DNA of 64,000 nucleotides from Candidatus Kaiserbacteria bacterium (GCA_016204695.1 JACQKD010000001.1:68976-132975); one strand, 5' to 3'. Shown: positions 48,205 through 58,627, numbered from the stretch's first letter. Program-made: numbers and translations. The notes: generated from the letters alone by a model not told the origin.

Positions 48205-49737
48205 ATGGTTTCGAATCTTGCAACAGCAGAAAAACCGGAATTGTCGGGACCTGCCGATCTGAGCATTCCCGGGTCCGACGTCGAAAATACGATTCGCGGA
48301 CGCACGCAGCTGATTGAGATGGCCGAAAGAGCGGGGGAAGGAGATCCGACTGCGACGAAAGACATTGGGGAACTTCGTAACCTCATCACCACACTTGCCC
48401 GCAGTAAGCCCGAAGATCGACGTTCGTTGCTGGAAAAGATCCGTAGCAAAGCGTCATCATTCGGGATTGAAATTACCAGGGCCAATGACTACGAGGTTGC
48501 GGCCGCAAACGAGTATGAGGTGCCGAAGATAGCCCACGAAGCGGCAGTCGAGTTGAAAGGGGTGGAATCATCTGCAGTGATTCCCGAAGTATCAAAAACG
48601 GAAGCATCTGCAAATGAAGCGGAACAAGGACTCGGTCGCACGAGGCCGGCGCCGGAGATTGTCAGTCCGGTGTCCATGCCAACGCCTCCGGCGGAGACGG
48701 TGGCGCAGGTGGAGACGGTTACTGTCGCCGATACAATGCCCGATACGATACCCGCTCCCTCATCTGAAGTTGTCCCCGCACCGGCGGCCGTCGCTGAAGT
48801 TCCTGCCGCACCGGAGACTCCTGTTGTTCCGGACGCGGGGAAATTTGTCGAAGACATGAGAGCGCAACTTTCCGGAGCGCATGAATCCGTGTCTCCGGCG
48901 CCGGAAGGAGCCGTTCGCTGGGGAGAGCATATGGAAACTCAAGCCCCTTCCGCTGATGGTGTGCCAATTCCAGAGACAGATCCGGTGGACGCAGATGTGC
49001 GTCCGGTCGGGACACTTCCGCCACTTGCTCCCGTGCCTCACTATACGGAGGCCCCTGCTGTTGCCTCCGGTGAAGCGGCGGTGATCGCCGAAACACCGAT
49101 GCGAGAAGATGCGGAACGTGTTTCTCCGGGAAATGGGGGAGCGGGGAACGCGATCAATGAAGACATTTCTGCCGCAGAAGCACCGGTCCAACCTCCCGTC
49201 ATGGAGCAGGGACAGAGATCTGCGGAAACGCTTCCGCCGCAGACGGAAAAAGACTTCGTCGACTATCGCATGAAAATCGCTCCGGCGGACATGGTCATGC
49301 CGGGAGGTGTCGTATTGGGAACGCCGGAACGTCCTTCCGCCGATGTTGTGTCCGACACAGAGATTGCCCCGCAAGACTTGGACATGTCGCAGGAAGGGGT
49401 AGCGGCACCAGCGGCTGTTCCTGCCGAGGTGGCGGAGGCGCCGGTGGAAAGCTCTCCCGAAGAGCCGATGCTTGCGCCGGTGTCGGTCGAAACCGCGGCC
49501 CCGGCAAGCGATGTTGAATCGCCGACAGCCGAGCCGTCATACGACGAGGCGATACTTGAAGATCCCGAAGTCAGCGGAGGTCTTGCGGAACTCATGGACC
49601 GCTGGCCCGGGTTTGATAGGAGCGGCATACTTGGTTTCGGAGGACACGGCGTCAAGCATCCCGATTTTGAGAATACCAAGGATCGTCTTATGAGGGACAT
49701 TCTCGAACAAGCGGCGTCGCTCAAGGAAGCGGCATAG
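48205..49737 (+). CDS. Low-complexity Pro/Glu/Ala-rich protein
   Basis: Long open frame with disordered acidic middle. Confidence 0.7.
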   Translation: MVSNLATAEKPELSGPADLSIPGSDVENTIRGRTQLIEMAERAGEGDPTATKDIGELRNLITTLARSKPEDRRSLLEKIRSKASSFGIEITRANDYEVAAANEYEVPKIAHEAAVELKGVESSAVIPEVSKTEASANEAEQGLGRTRPAPEIVSPVSMPTPPAETVAQVETVTVADTMPDTIPAPSSEVVPAPAAVAEVPAAPETPVVPDAGKFVEDMRAQLSGAHESVSPAPEGAVRWGEHMETQAPSADGVPIPETDPVDADVRPVGTLPPLAPVPHYTEAPAVASGEAAVIAETPMREDAERVSPGNGGAGNAINEDISAAEAPVQPPVMEQGQRSAETLPPQTEKDFVDYRMKIAPADMVMPGGVVLGTPERPSADVVSDTEIAPQDLDMSQEGVAAPAAVPAEVAEAPVESSPEEPMLAPVSVETAAPASDVESPTAEPSYDEAILEDPEVSGGLAELMDRWPGFDRSGILGFGGHGVKHPDFENTKDRLMRDILEQAASLKEAA

Positions 49738-49747
49738 GTTCTATATT

Positions 49748-49936
49748 ATGGCAAAAGATCTTAAAGATATCGACCCGAAAATCCTCGCGAGCATCGCCGA
49801 GTATGTCGAAGGTTGGCGGACGGAGCACGGCATCACTCCCGATCCGAATGAAACATTCGAGCATTATCTCCGTCGAGTGATCGCGACGATTTTGGGCAAA
49901 ATTCCGCAATCGTCCGGACAAAATCAGGGACAGTGA
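49748..49936 (+). CDS. Small protein, possibly the detached C-terminus of the upstream gene
   Basis: EYVEGWR...ETFEHYLRRVI; 10 bp after the upstream stop. Confidence 0.55.
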   Translation: MAKDLKDIDPKILASIAEYVEGWRTEHGITPDPNETFEHYLRRVIATILGKIPQSSGQNQGQ

Positions 49937-49987
49937 CAGTGGTGGCGGTGCGTGTCTTCCGTCTTTGCGTTATGATGGGACGTATCC

Positions 49988-50632
49988 ATGCCAAATCATC
50001 ATGCATTGTTGTCTGTCGGTCCGTACGAGGAATGTTTTGCACTGATTCCGCTTGCGCATCGAAGCGGTGTGGATGCCGAAGTGATCGTATGCGAATCGTT
50101 TGATATTGCGCAGGCGCGAGCTCTGGCGGAAAAGGCGGCGACACGTCCGATTGCGGGAGAGAAACGATATTTTGTCGTCTCGTGCGCGTATATTCCGCAC
50201 GAAGCGCAAAACGCACTTCTGAAACTTTTTGAAGACCCGCCTGCGACCGCGCAGTTTTACATCATCGTGCCGCGCGCGGAGCTGATTCTGCCGACTCTGC
50301 GCTCGCGTCTGCATGTACTGTATGAATCTCCGGTGGTAGGGCGCGCGCTCAATCCCGAGACGTCTGCCTTTCTGGGAGCGGCGTTTGCCGACCGTCTGGA
50401 ACAGATCGCAATGCTTGCCAAAGCAAAGGATGCTCATGCTATGCGCGTTCTTATAAACGGCATCGAGCGCGCCGCGGGTTTCGGCGTTGGAAAATATGTG
50501 CGGGAAAAACAAGATGTGTCGTATCTTGCCGACGTGCTCATGGCCTCCACCTACGCCGAAACCCGCGGCGCCTCCCACAAAATGCTCCTCGAACACCTCG
50601 CGCTGTCGATACCGGAAAAAGCCGGCAGATAA
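49988..50632 (+). CDS. holB: DNA polymerase III delta'-like protein
   Basis: EAQNALLKLFEDP, ILPTLRSR. Confidence 0.8.
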   Translation: MPNHHALLSVGPYEECFALIPLAHRSGVDAEVIVCESFDIAQARALAEKAATRPIAGEKRYFVVSCAYIPHEAQNALLKLFEDPPATAQFYIIVPRAELILPTLRSRLHVLYESPVVGRALNPETSAFLGAAFADRLEQIAMLAKAKDAHAMRVLINGIERAAGFGVGKYVREKQDVSYLADVLMASTYAETRGASHKMLLEHLALSIPEKAGR

Positions 50633-50720
50633 CATTTGCGTGCTTGTCGGAGGTGTTCGACAGTGGAATTCGCAAGGACGGACGTCTTGTTTTTACCGAG
50701 GTACCGGATACAATGCATGT

Positions 50721-51272
50721 ATGGCATATTCTTTCGCTCATTTCGATGGTCGGGCGCAGGAGGTGGTGGACTGGCTCGGCAAGGAGTTTTCCGGCATTCG
50801 CACCGGGCGCGCGACGCCGGCTCTGCTCGATAGCATCCAAGTGGAATCATACGGCGCACGCGTGCCGATCAATCAGGTCGGCAACGTGACCGTGGAAGAT
50901 GCGCGAACCTTGCGCATTTCTCCGTGGGACAGCACTTCCATCAAGCCGATCGAAAAGGCGATTACGGACGCGGACTTTGGCGTATCGGTGTCGGCGGATG
51001 ACAAAGGCGTGCGAGTAACCTTCCCGGAGCTGACGAGCGACCGTCGCACCCAGCTCCTCAAGCTCGCCAAGTCTCGCCTTGAAGAAGCGCGCGTATCATT
51101 GCGGAAGGCGCGCGATGAAATAGTGAAAGACATCGATCAAAAGGAGAGCGAAAGCGAGTTGTCCGGCGACGAGAAGTTTCGCACCAAGGAAGAACTCCAA
51201 AAACGCGTCGACCGGGCAAACGAACAGCTCAACGCGTTATTCGAAAAAAAAGAGAAGGAGATACACAGCTGA
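50721..51272 (+). CDS. frr: Ribosome recycling factor
   Basis: IRTGRATP, PELTSDRR, KEKEI. Confidence 0.96.
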   Translation: MAYSFAHFDGRAQEVVDWLGKEFSGIRTGRATPALLDSIQVESYGARVPINQVGNVTVEDARTLRISPWDSTSIKPIEKAITDADFGVSVSADDKGVRVTFPELTSDRRTQLLKLAKSRLEEARVSLRKARDEIVKDIDQKESESELSGDEKFRTKEELQKRVDRANEQLNALFEKKEKEIHS

Positions 51273-51300
51273 TACGCGCCGCGCTTTTCATCACATAATC

Positions 51301-52410
51301 ATGTATATACTCATCTTTATAGTCGTACTCTTTGTCCTGGTGCTCGTGCATGAATGGGGTCACTTTTTTGTTGCCAAGAAGATCGGCATGCGAGTTGACG
51401 AATTCGGTATCGGGTTCCCGCCGAGGATCATGGGAATCAAGAAAGGGGAAACTCTCTATAGCGTAAATGCCTTGCCACTTGGCGGGTTTGTGAGAATTTT
51501 TGGTGAGGAAGCGTTGGAGGACGAATCGCAGGGAGAAGGGCCGACGTCCTACGAGAATGACAGGTCCTTCAATCGCAGGCCGAAATGGGCGCAGATCCTT
51601 GTACTTGTTGCGGGTATCGGCGCAAACATCATCTTCGCGTGGTTGCTTTTTACGCTCGCTTTGAGCACGGGCGTACTGACTAGTGTCTCTCCCGAGGAAG
51701 CGTCTCCGGCGGCGGAGCTTCATATTCTCGACGTATTGCCCGGAAGTCCCGCGGCGAAGGCGGGAATACCGGCTGGCGCCATTGTTAGCGGTCTTGCATC
51801 AAGAGGGGAAACTGTCGCACCTCGTACGCCGGAAGAATTCAGTACGTTCGTCGGCAGGTCGGGCGGCTCGCCGGTGGCCGTCTCCTATACGTATAACGGT
51901 ACTGATGCGCATGTGGAAATCGTTCCGGAGACGGGCGTGCTGGAGTCGGAGCCGGGAAAAGCGGCTGTCGGCGTGTCGCTCGGACTTGCGGAAATGCGGG
52001 CGCTCCCGCTCCACATCGCTCTCGCCGAGGGATTTATGATGACCGCGACCGGCGTGCGTGACATCGCGCAGGGCCTCTTTTCACTTATCGCGTCCGCGAT
52101 CGGCGGACAGGCCGACATTGAACAGGTCAGGGGTCCGGTCGGCATCGCGGTGCTCGTGCGCGATGCATCGAGTATGGGATTTTCCGCACTTTTGATATTT
52201 ACGGCGTTTATTTCCTTGAGTCTTGCGGTCATCAACATTTTCCCGTTTCCGGCACTCGACGGCGGGCGCCTCTTGTTTGTCATTATCGAAGCGATCAAAG
52301 GCTCGCCCATTCCGGCAAAAGTCGCCTACTACACCAACACCGCCGGCTTTGCCGTCCTAGTCCTCCTGATGATCGCCATCACCTACCACGACATTGCGAG
52401 GTTGGTGTAA
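51301..52410 (+). CDS. rseP: RseP-like M50 site-2 protease with PDZ domain
   Basis: HEWGH, PLGGFV, GPVGI, PFPALDGG. Confidence 0.93.
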   Translation: MYILIFIVVLFVLVLVHEWGHFFVAKKIGMRVDEFGIGFPPRIMGIKKGETLYSVNALPLGGFVRIFGEEALEDESQGEGPTSYENDRSFNRRPKWAQILVLVAGIGANIIFAWLLFTLALSTGVLTSVSPEEASPAAELHILDVLPGSPAAKAGIPAGAIVSGLASRGETVAPRTPEEFSTFVGRSGGSPVAVSYTYNGTDAHVEIVPETGVLESEPGKAAVGVSLGLAEMRALPLHIALAEGFMMTATGVRDIAQGLFSLIASAIGGQADIEQVRGPVGIAVLVRDASSMGFSALLIFTAFISLSLAVINIFPFPALDGGRLLFVIIEAIKGSPIPAKVAYYTNTAGFAVLVLLMIAITYHDIARLV

Positions 52411-52711
52411 GACGTCGTGTCCTTTCGTAAAGGACACATATTACACATGCGCTATATGCTATGCTAGGAGAAGTGACAGCACGAACCCTTCTAGAATAGG
52501 GGAATCCTATGAAGGATTCTAAGAAATTTCTAGGATGTATAGGATGGAGAGAACTGGGAATCGCGATATGTATAGTAGCAGGGTTCTTTTTATTGAAAGC
52601 CCTCCGGTTACTATAGAATTCTGCAAGTCTCTTCTCTTTTCCGCGCGGCTTGGAACCCGCGCGTGTTTCGTCTTTTGACCGCATCCGATTTCGCGGTACA
52701 ATGCTTTCGCT

Positions 52712-54010
52712 ATGCGGCAATCGCAACTCTTTACAAAAACACGGCGGGAAGCGCCGAAGGACGAGGTCTCGAAAAACGCTCAGCTGTTGATCCGCGCCGG
52801 GTATATCCATAAGGAAATGGCGGGGGTGTATTCGTACCTGCCGCTTGGCTTGCGGGTACTCAAAAACATCGAGCGGATCATCCGCGAGGAAATGAACGCG
52901 ATCGGCGGGCAGGAGATACAGATGGCGACTCTGCATCCGAGCGAAGTTTGGAAGCAGACCGGCGGCTGGGACGGCGTGGATGTCCTCTTTAAGATACAGA
53001 GCCGGACGGAAAAAGAATATGCGCTCGGGCAGAGCGAGGAAGAAATCGTAACGCCGATCGCACAGGAGTACGCGCTCTCGTACAAGGAGCTCCCGCTCGC
53101 CATATATCAGATCGGACAAAAATACCGCGATGAGCTCCGTGCGAAAAGCGGCATCATGCGTGGGCGCGAATTCGGCATGAAAGACATGTACAGCTTTCAT
53201 GAGTCCCAGGAGGATTTCGAGCGTTTCTACGAGGTCGCAAAAGAAGCGTATCTCAAAGTATTTTCGCGCGCGGGTCTCGACGCGAAGGTGACGGAAGCTT
53301 CAGGTGGCGCGTTCACGACGAAGCTCTCGTACGAATTCATGGTGCTCACCGACGCGGGGGAGGACGACATCGTGTATTGTGACATGTGCACGCATTGTGC
53401 AAACACGGAAGTAGCGGAAGCCGAGTCGGGCGGTACCTGCCCGAAATGCGGCGAAGGAACGCTTGCAAAAGCACGCGCTGCGGAAGTAGGCAATGTCTTC
53501 GATCTTGGACGCAAGTACCCCGAAGCCTTCGGTTACACCTACAAGGACAAGGACGACAAAGATCAGACACCGATTATGGGATGCTACGGCATCGGCACGA
53601 CGCGTCTAATGGGTGCGATCGTCGAGGTCCTCTCGGATGAGAAAGGTATTATCTGGCCGGAGAGTGTCGCGCCGTTTGCGGTGCATCTGGTCGCGCTCAA
53701 TGCCGAAAGCGCGGAACTGCGCGACTATGCCGATACCATCTACAGCGGCCTGTGCGAGCGCGGCATCGAGGTACTCTACGATGATCGTTCGTTGCGTGCC
53801 GGTGAAAAGTTCGCGGACAGCGACCTTATCGGTATTCCGTATCGCGTCGTCGTGAGCGAAAAAACGAAAGAGCAAAATACGTTTGAGGTCGTCAAACGCA
53901 GGACGGGAGAAGTCACGTATCATTCGGAAGAAGAACTGTATGCGAGTCTTCCGCCGGCCGGCGGACCGGAATCTTCGCTCTCCGGTACGGAACAAACGGC
54001 GACGATATGA
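52712..54010 (+). CDS. proS: Proline--tRNA ligase (short form)
   Basis: MRQSQLF, KYRDELR..SGIMRGREFGMKD, MGCYGIG, GEKFADSDLIG. Confidence 0.95.
   Translation: MRQSQLFTKTRREAPKDEVSKNAQLLIRAGYIHKEMAGVYSYLPLGLRVLKNIERIIREEMNAIGGQEIQMATLHPSEVWKQTGGWDGVDVLFKIQSRTEKEYALGQSEEEIVTPIAQEYALSYKELPLAIYQIGQKYRDELRAKSGIMRGREFGMKDMYSFHESQEDFERFYEVAKEAYLKVFSRAGLDAKVTEASGGAFTTKLSYEFMVLTDAGEDDIVYCDMCTHCANTEVAEAESGGTCPKCGEGTLAKARAAEVGNVFDLGRKYPEAFGYTYKDKDDKDQTPIMGCYGIGTTRLMGAIVEVLSDEKGIIWPESVAPFAVHLVALNAESAELRDYADTIYSGLCERGIEVLYDDRSLRAGEKFADSDLIGIPYRVVVSEKTKEQNTFEVVKRRTGEVTYHSEEELYASLPPAGGPESSLSGTEQTATI
53950..53965. repeat. 16-bp perfect palindrome TCCGCCGGCCGGCGGA (copy 2, in the proS tail)
   Basis: Identical to 2437-2452. 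Confidence 0.8.
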
Positions 54011-55071
54011 AGAAGTGGTTTTCCCGGCTGACAAACGGTCTGTCCACCGACATCGGCATCGACCTCGGTACCGCCAACACGCTTGTCTACGTCAAGGGCA
54101 AGGGGGTTGTCATCAATGAGCCGACCATGGTGGCCGTGAATCACAAGACGGGACAGCTTGTCGCGGTGGGCGCGGAGGCCAAGGGTATGCTCGGCAGGAC
54201 GCCATCGCATATCGAGGTGGTGCGGCCGCTCGTCGAAGGAGTGATTTCCGACTTTGAAGTGACCGAGGAGATGCTCACCTACTTCATCGGGAAGATCAGG
54301 GAGAGTAATCGCATGCTCATGCCGCCGCGCGTACTCGTCGGTGTGCCGTACGGCATCACGAATGTCGAGATGCGCGCCGCTCGCGACGCCGCCCGCAATG
54401 CGGGCGCTCGCGAAGTGTTGTTGATCGAGGAGCCGATGGCGGCGGCTATCGGGTCAAAACTGCCGGTGTCGAAAGCCATGGGTAATATGATCATCGACAT
54501 CGGCGGCGGCACGACCGACATCGCCGTCATATCGCTTAACGGCATTGTCACGGCGCGCAATCTGCGTACGGCCGGTGATCATCTCAATGCGGATATCATC
54601 GCCTATATTCGCGGCCAGTTTAAGGTGCTCATCGGGGAGCGTACCGCCGAAGAATTGAAAATCGCACTTGCATCCATCGCCGAAGATGGAGAGATGCACG
54701 AAGTAGTGGTGCGCGGTCGCGATGTCGTGACGGGACTGCCGCGCGAAGTGGCGATCACGGATGCCGATGTGCGCCATGCGATCGGACAGGCGATCGACTC
54801 CATTGTCGAATCGGTGCGGGACGTGCTCGAAGAGACGCCGCCCGAAGTGCTCGCGGATGTCATGCAGAGGGGAATCTACTTCTCCGGCGGCGGCGCGCTT
54901 ATCCCGGGGGCCGCGCGACTTCTCGAAGAGCTGATCGGCGTGCCGGTCGTCACCGTCCCGGATCCTCTGCGCGCAGTGATACGGGGGACGGGCATCGTGC
55001 TCGAGAATCTTGACGATTATGCGGATATTCTCATCACCAATGAAGACGAACTCACGCCGCAGTTCACGTAA
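54007..55071 (+). CDS. mreB: Rod-shape protein MreB
   Basis: GIDLGTANT, DIGGGTTD; heads mreBCD-mrdA. Confidence 0.95.
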   Translation: MKKWFSRLTNGLSTDIGIDLGTANTLVYVKGKGVVINEPTMVAVNHKTGQLVAVGAEAKGMLGRTPSHIEVVRPLVEGVISDFEVTEEMLTYFIGKIRESNRMLMPPRVLVGVPYGITNVEMRAARDAARNAGAREVLLIEEPMAAAIGSKLPVSKAMGNMIIDIGGGTTDIAVISLNGIVTARNLRTAGDHLNADIIAYIRGQFKVLIGERTAEELKIALASIAEDGEMHEVVVRGRDVVTGLPREVAITDADVRHAIGQAIDSIVESVRDVLEETPPEVLADVMQRGIYFSGGGALIPGAARLLEELIGVPVVTVPDPLRAVIRGTGIVLENLDDYADILITNEDELTPQFT

Positions 55072-55966
55072 CGCGTGGCGTCGTGGCGCTCTCGTGTTCT
55101 TGTTTGCGTGCGTCGGACTCGGACTTCTTTTCTCTGTGCGCGGCGGCATGGCGGCTGTCGGCGGGGTGATATTCAGCCCTATCGTATCGGTGCGGGCGTG
55201 GCTGTGGGAATCAGGCGGCGCCGTTCCCGTATATTTCAGGACACGCCATTCGCTCGACGAACAAATTATCGCTCTCGAAGACGAATTGCGCCGGACCGCA
55301 GACGATGCGTGGCAGGTACGGCAGTTGCAGGCCGAAAATGAAGAGCTTTCGGCATTGCTCGGCTTCAGGAAGGAGACGTATATTACGGCAGGGGTACTTT
55401 CCCGTCCCAACCAAACTCCCTACGACACCTTTCTCATAGACCGAGGGATGGAGGATGGTATTGTCGAGAACGCCATCGTATACGTAGAAGACAACGCAGT
55501 CGGATCGGTGATCCGAGTGTATGCGCACAGCGCGCTCGTGCTCCTTGTGAGTGCGCCGGGCGTACATACGACCGCATACCTCACCGGACCGAAGATCTTT
55601 GTGCAGGGTGAGGGTAAGGGAGGGGGCGTACTGCGCCTGTCGGTACCGCAGGGCATACCGTTGGCCGAGGGGGATGTCGCACTGCTCCCCGGAGCAGGCA
55701 GGGGCGCGTACGGAAAAGTCGTGCATATGGAGTCGCTCTCTTCCAATCCCGAGCAGTATGCCTACGTGACTACCTCAATACCGCTTTCGGCCGTGCGTTT
55801 TGTACATGTGGCAAAGGAGCCGGCCTCGCACATATCCTATGAGGAAGCGCTTGAGGCGGTCACCGCCGCCCCGACAGCGCTCTTTCAGGTGGAGGTGCCG
55901 CCCGAGGCGCATGTCGCCGCCACATCAACACCGGAAGCGCCGCCGGAAGAAGCGCCCGCGCAATAG
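55040..55966 (+). CDS. mreC: Rod-shape protein MreC
   Basis: TM, LQAENEELSALL coiled coil, IDRG.EDGI; position in operon. Confidence 0.88.
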   Translation: MKTNSRRSSRNAWRRGALVFLFACVGLGLLFSVRGGMAAVGGVIFSPIVSVRAWLWESGGAVPVYFRTRHSLDEQIIALEDELRRTADDAWQVRQLQAENEELSALLGFRKETYITAGVLSRPNQTPYDTFLIDRGMEDGIVENAIVYVEDNAVGSVIRVYAHSALVLLVSAPGVHTTAYLTGPKIFVQGEGKGGGVLRLSVPQGIPLAEGDVALLPGAGRGAYGKVVHMESLSSNPEQYAYVTTSIPLSAVRFVHVAKEPASHISYEEALEAVTAAPTALFQVEVPPEAHVAATSTPEAPPEEAPAQ

Positions 55967-55981
55967 CATATCTCCCGCACC

Positions 55982-56230
55982 ATGCGTCTCATTTGTTTTA
56001 CACTGTTGATCATCGTTTCCGTCGCCGCACCATGGTGGTTTGCTCTGCCGCTGTGGGCGGGCTATGTCTTTGTATTCAGAGGATACGAGATTATCGCACT
56101 CGGTCTGCTATGTGACGCATATTTCGGCGCGGGGGGATTCTATCAAGCCCTTTACACGCTGTCGGCGTCGGCTTTTTGTCTGCTCGCGGAAGTATTGCGT
56201 CCGCGAATCGCCTTTTATAAGGTAGAATGA
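55982..56230 (+). CDS. MreD-like small membrane protein
   Basis: Hydrophobic, GLLCD motif; lies between mreC and mrdA. Confidence 0.6.
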   Translation: MRLICFTLLIIVSVAAPWWFALPLWAGYVFVFRGYEIIALGLLCDAYFGAGGFYQALYTLSASAFCLLAEVLRPRIAFYKVE

Positions 56231-56255
56231 TACGAACGGAATCACTCTCAAAACT

Positions 56256-57950
56256 ATGCGTTTGTCCCTTCTGAACATTTTCCGGAAAAAAAGACGCTCG
56301 ACGATTGAATTCGACGAAATATTTCTTGATGCGTCCAATCTTCCATCATTCAACACCGGGCGGCTCGAAGGCCGCCTTGCTCTGCCGCTTTCTCGCGCCA
56401 GCATCATCGGAGTCGGGATCGCGTTCATACTGATCGCACTCGTGTTTCTCGGACAGGCGTTTCGCCTGCAGATCGTGCATGGCGAGGAGTTTCGAGAGCG
56501 GAGTGAGAATAATCGTCTCGACACATCGCTTGTCATCGCGCCGCGCGGGGTCATCTACGATCGCCGCGGCGAACTGCTTGCGTGGAATACCGAGGATGCC
56601 GATATTTCGGATTTCTCCGCGCGCGCGTACACCGATCGCCGCGGCTTGGGTCAGCTTCTCGGACACGTGAGCTATCCCAAGAAAGACAGCTCCGGCGTCT
56701 ACTTTCGCACCGAGTATGAGGGCATCAGCGGTATCGAATCCGCGTACAACGGACAGCTTGCGGGGGAAAACGGAGAACAGCTTATCGAGATCGACGCGAC
56801 GCAGGAGGTCATCTCTCATCATGTCGCGCATCCTTCGCGGGCCGGCGAGCCGCTTACACTCTCGATTGATGCGGAGTTTTCCGAGGCGCTTCATGATGCG
56901 CTTGCGACCACTTCCGAAGAGTATGACTTCCGCAGTGGCGCGGGCGTGGTCATGGATGTGCATACCGGCGAAGTCATCGCACTTGCAAATTTCCCGTCGT
57001 ACAATCCCGGGCTTCTCGCCAAGGGTACTGATGCCGAGGCGATCCACGCACTCACGCAGGATGAACGTCTCCCGTTTCTCAATCGCATCGTGTCGGGGCT
57101 CTACACGCCGGGCTCGATCGTGAAGCCCTTCATGGCGTACGCGGCGCTTGCCGAAAAAATCATCGATCCGAGCAAGCAGATTTTATCGACCGGGTCGATT
57201 GTCATTCCCAATCTCTATAACCCAAGCAATCCTTCCGTTTTCAACGATTGGCGCGCTCACGGTCTCGTCGACATGCGCCGCGCGATTGCCGTCTCCTCAA
57301 ACGTATATTTCTACACGATCGGCGGCGGTTACGGCGGCCAAGCCGGTCTGGGCATCAGCCGCATCAACGATTACATGCATCGTTTCGGCTTCGGCGAGCC
57401 GGTACATACGCCGCTTGCCGAAGGTAAGGCCGGCACCGTGCCGAATCCGGAATGGAAGGAGGAGACGTTCGGCGAAGAATGGCGTCTCGGCGATACGTAC
57501 TTCACGTCGATCGGACAGTTTGGTTTTCAAGTGACACCGCTCCAGATGTTGCGCGCCTACGGCGCGATCGCCAACGGCGGCACCATGCTTACGCCGCATT
57601 TTATCCAAGGAGAACCGTCGTCTTCGTATGATCTCCGTCTTGATCCGGCATATCTTGCGGTCATACGGGAGGGTATGCGACAGTCGGCGACAGATGGCAC
57701 GGCGCGATCGCTCAATCGCGGCGACATCCATATCGCCGCCAAGACCGGCACCGCGCAGATCGGCGCAAACAACGAATTCATCAACTCATGGGCGGTCGGA
57801 TACTTCCCGTACGAAAATCCGAAGTATGTATTTGTGACGCTCCTTGAGCACGGGCCGCGCACCAATCTCTTCGGTTCCGCGCCGACCATGAGCCGTGTCA
57901 TCAACTGGCTCGCCCACAACCGCCCAGAGTATCTTGGTGACATACAATAG
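56256..57950 (+). CDS. mrdA: Penicillin-binding protein 2
   Basis: APRGVIYDR, SIVK (SxxK), SSN (SxN), KTGT. Confidence 0.92.
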   Translation: MRLSLLNIFRKKRRSTIEFDEIFLDASNLPSFNTGRLEGRLALPLSRASIIGVGIAFILIALVFLGQAFRLQIVHGEEFRERSENNRLDTSLVIAPRGVIYDRRGELLAWNTEDADISDFSARAYTDRRGLGQLLGHVSYPKKDSSGVYFRTEYEGISGIESAYNGQLAGENGEQLIEIDATQEVISHHVAHPSRAGEPLTLSIDAEFSEALHDALATTSEEYDFRSGAGVVMDVHTGEVIALANFPSYNPGLLAKGTDAEAIHALTQDERLPFLNRIVSGLYTPGSIVKPFMAYAALAEKIIDPSKQILSTGSIVIPNLYNPSNPSVFNDWRAHGLVDMRRAIAVSSNVYFYTIGGGYGGQAGLGISRINDYMHRFGFGEPVHTPLAEGKAGTVPNPEWKEETFGEEWRLGDTYFTSIGQFGFQVTPLQMLRAYGAIANGGTMLTPHFIQGEPSSSYDLRLDPAYLAVIREGMRQSATDGTARSLNRGDIHIAAKTGTAQIGANNEFINSWAVGYFPYENPKYVFVTLLEHGPRTNLFGSAPTMSRVINWLAHNRPEYLGDIQ

Positions 57951-57987
57951 ATCAGAGCAATAGCTTTTTGCGCGAGGATGTGTCAGT

Positions 57988-58015
57988 TTGACTTGCACTT
58001 GTGCGTACGTATAAT
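57988..58015 (+). promoter_or_regulatory. Sigma70-type promoter upstream of greA
   Basis: TTGACT-16nt-TATAAT. Confidence 0.65.
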
Positions 58016-58153
58016 AGATTTCTTAGAGCGTAGCGACTTAGAAATCTTAGATACCCCGAAGCCCGCCTTCAAAAGCGGGCGGAGAGGGTATAATGAAGGC
58101 CACGATTTTTTGCAGAATACCGCCGCGTTTAAAAATTAATTTTTCCGAAGCAT

Positions 58154-58627
58154 ATGGATGATTCACCGCAAGCGTTTTTAACACCGGAAAAATTTGAGGA
58201 GCTGAAGCAGGAGCTTGAATATCTGAAAACGATCCGCCGCAAGGAAGTGGCGGAGCTTTTGGAATATGCACGGTCGCTCGGCGATCTCTCCGAAAACGCC
58301 GAATATCAAGAAGCGCGCGATATGCAGTCCGCGATCGAGGAGCGGATCGCCTATCTTGAGAAAGTCATCAAAGAGGTGAAGATCGTCGCGCACAGCAAAA
58401 AGGGCGACGTAGTAGGACTCGGCTCGGTCGTCACCATTCAGAAAGAATCGGACAAAGAGCCGCACACCTACACCATCGTCGGCTCCGAAGAGGCGAACAT
58501 TCAAGAACACAAGCTCTCATATCTCTCTCCGCTCGGCGAGGCGCTCATGGGAAAGTCCAAGAGCGACTCGTTTACCTTCAACACCCCAAACGGCAAGATG
58601 TCGTACAAGGTGATTGACGTCAAATAG
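58154..58627 (+). CDS. greA: Transcription elongation factor GreA
   Basis: GDLSENAEY, SPLGEALMG. Confidence 0.97.
   Translation: MDDSPQAFLTPEKFEELKQELEYLKTIRRKEVAELLEYARSLGDLSENAEYQEARDMQSAIEERIAYLEKVIKEVKIVAHSKKGDVVGLGSVVTIQKESDKEPHTYTIVGSEEANIQEHKLSYLSPLGEALMGKSKSDSFTFNTPNGKMSYKVIDVK

Noticed and set aside
42574-55071. Two mreB genes as a novelty
   Set aside because: Multiple MreB paralogues are common in monoderm and CPR genomes.
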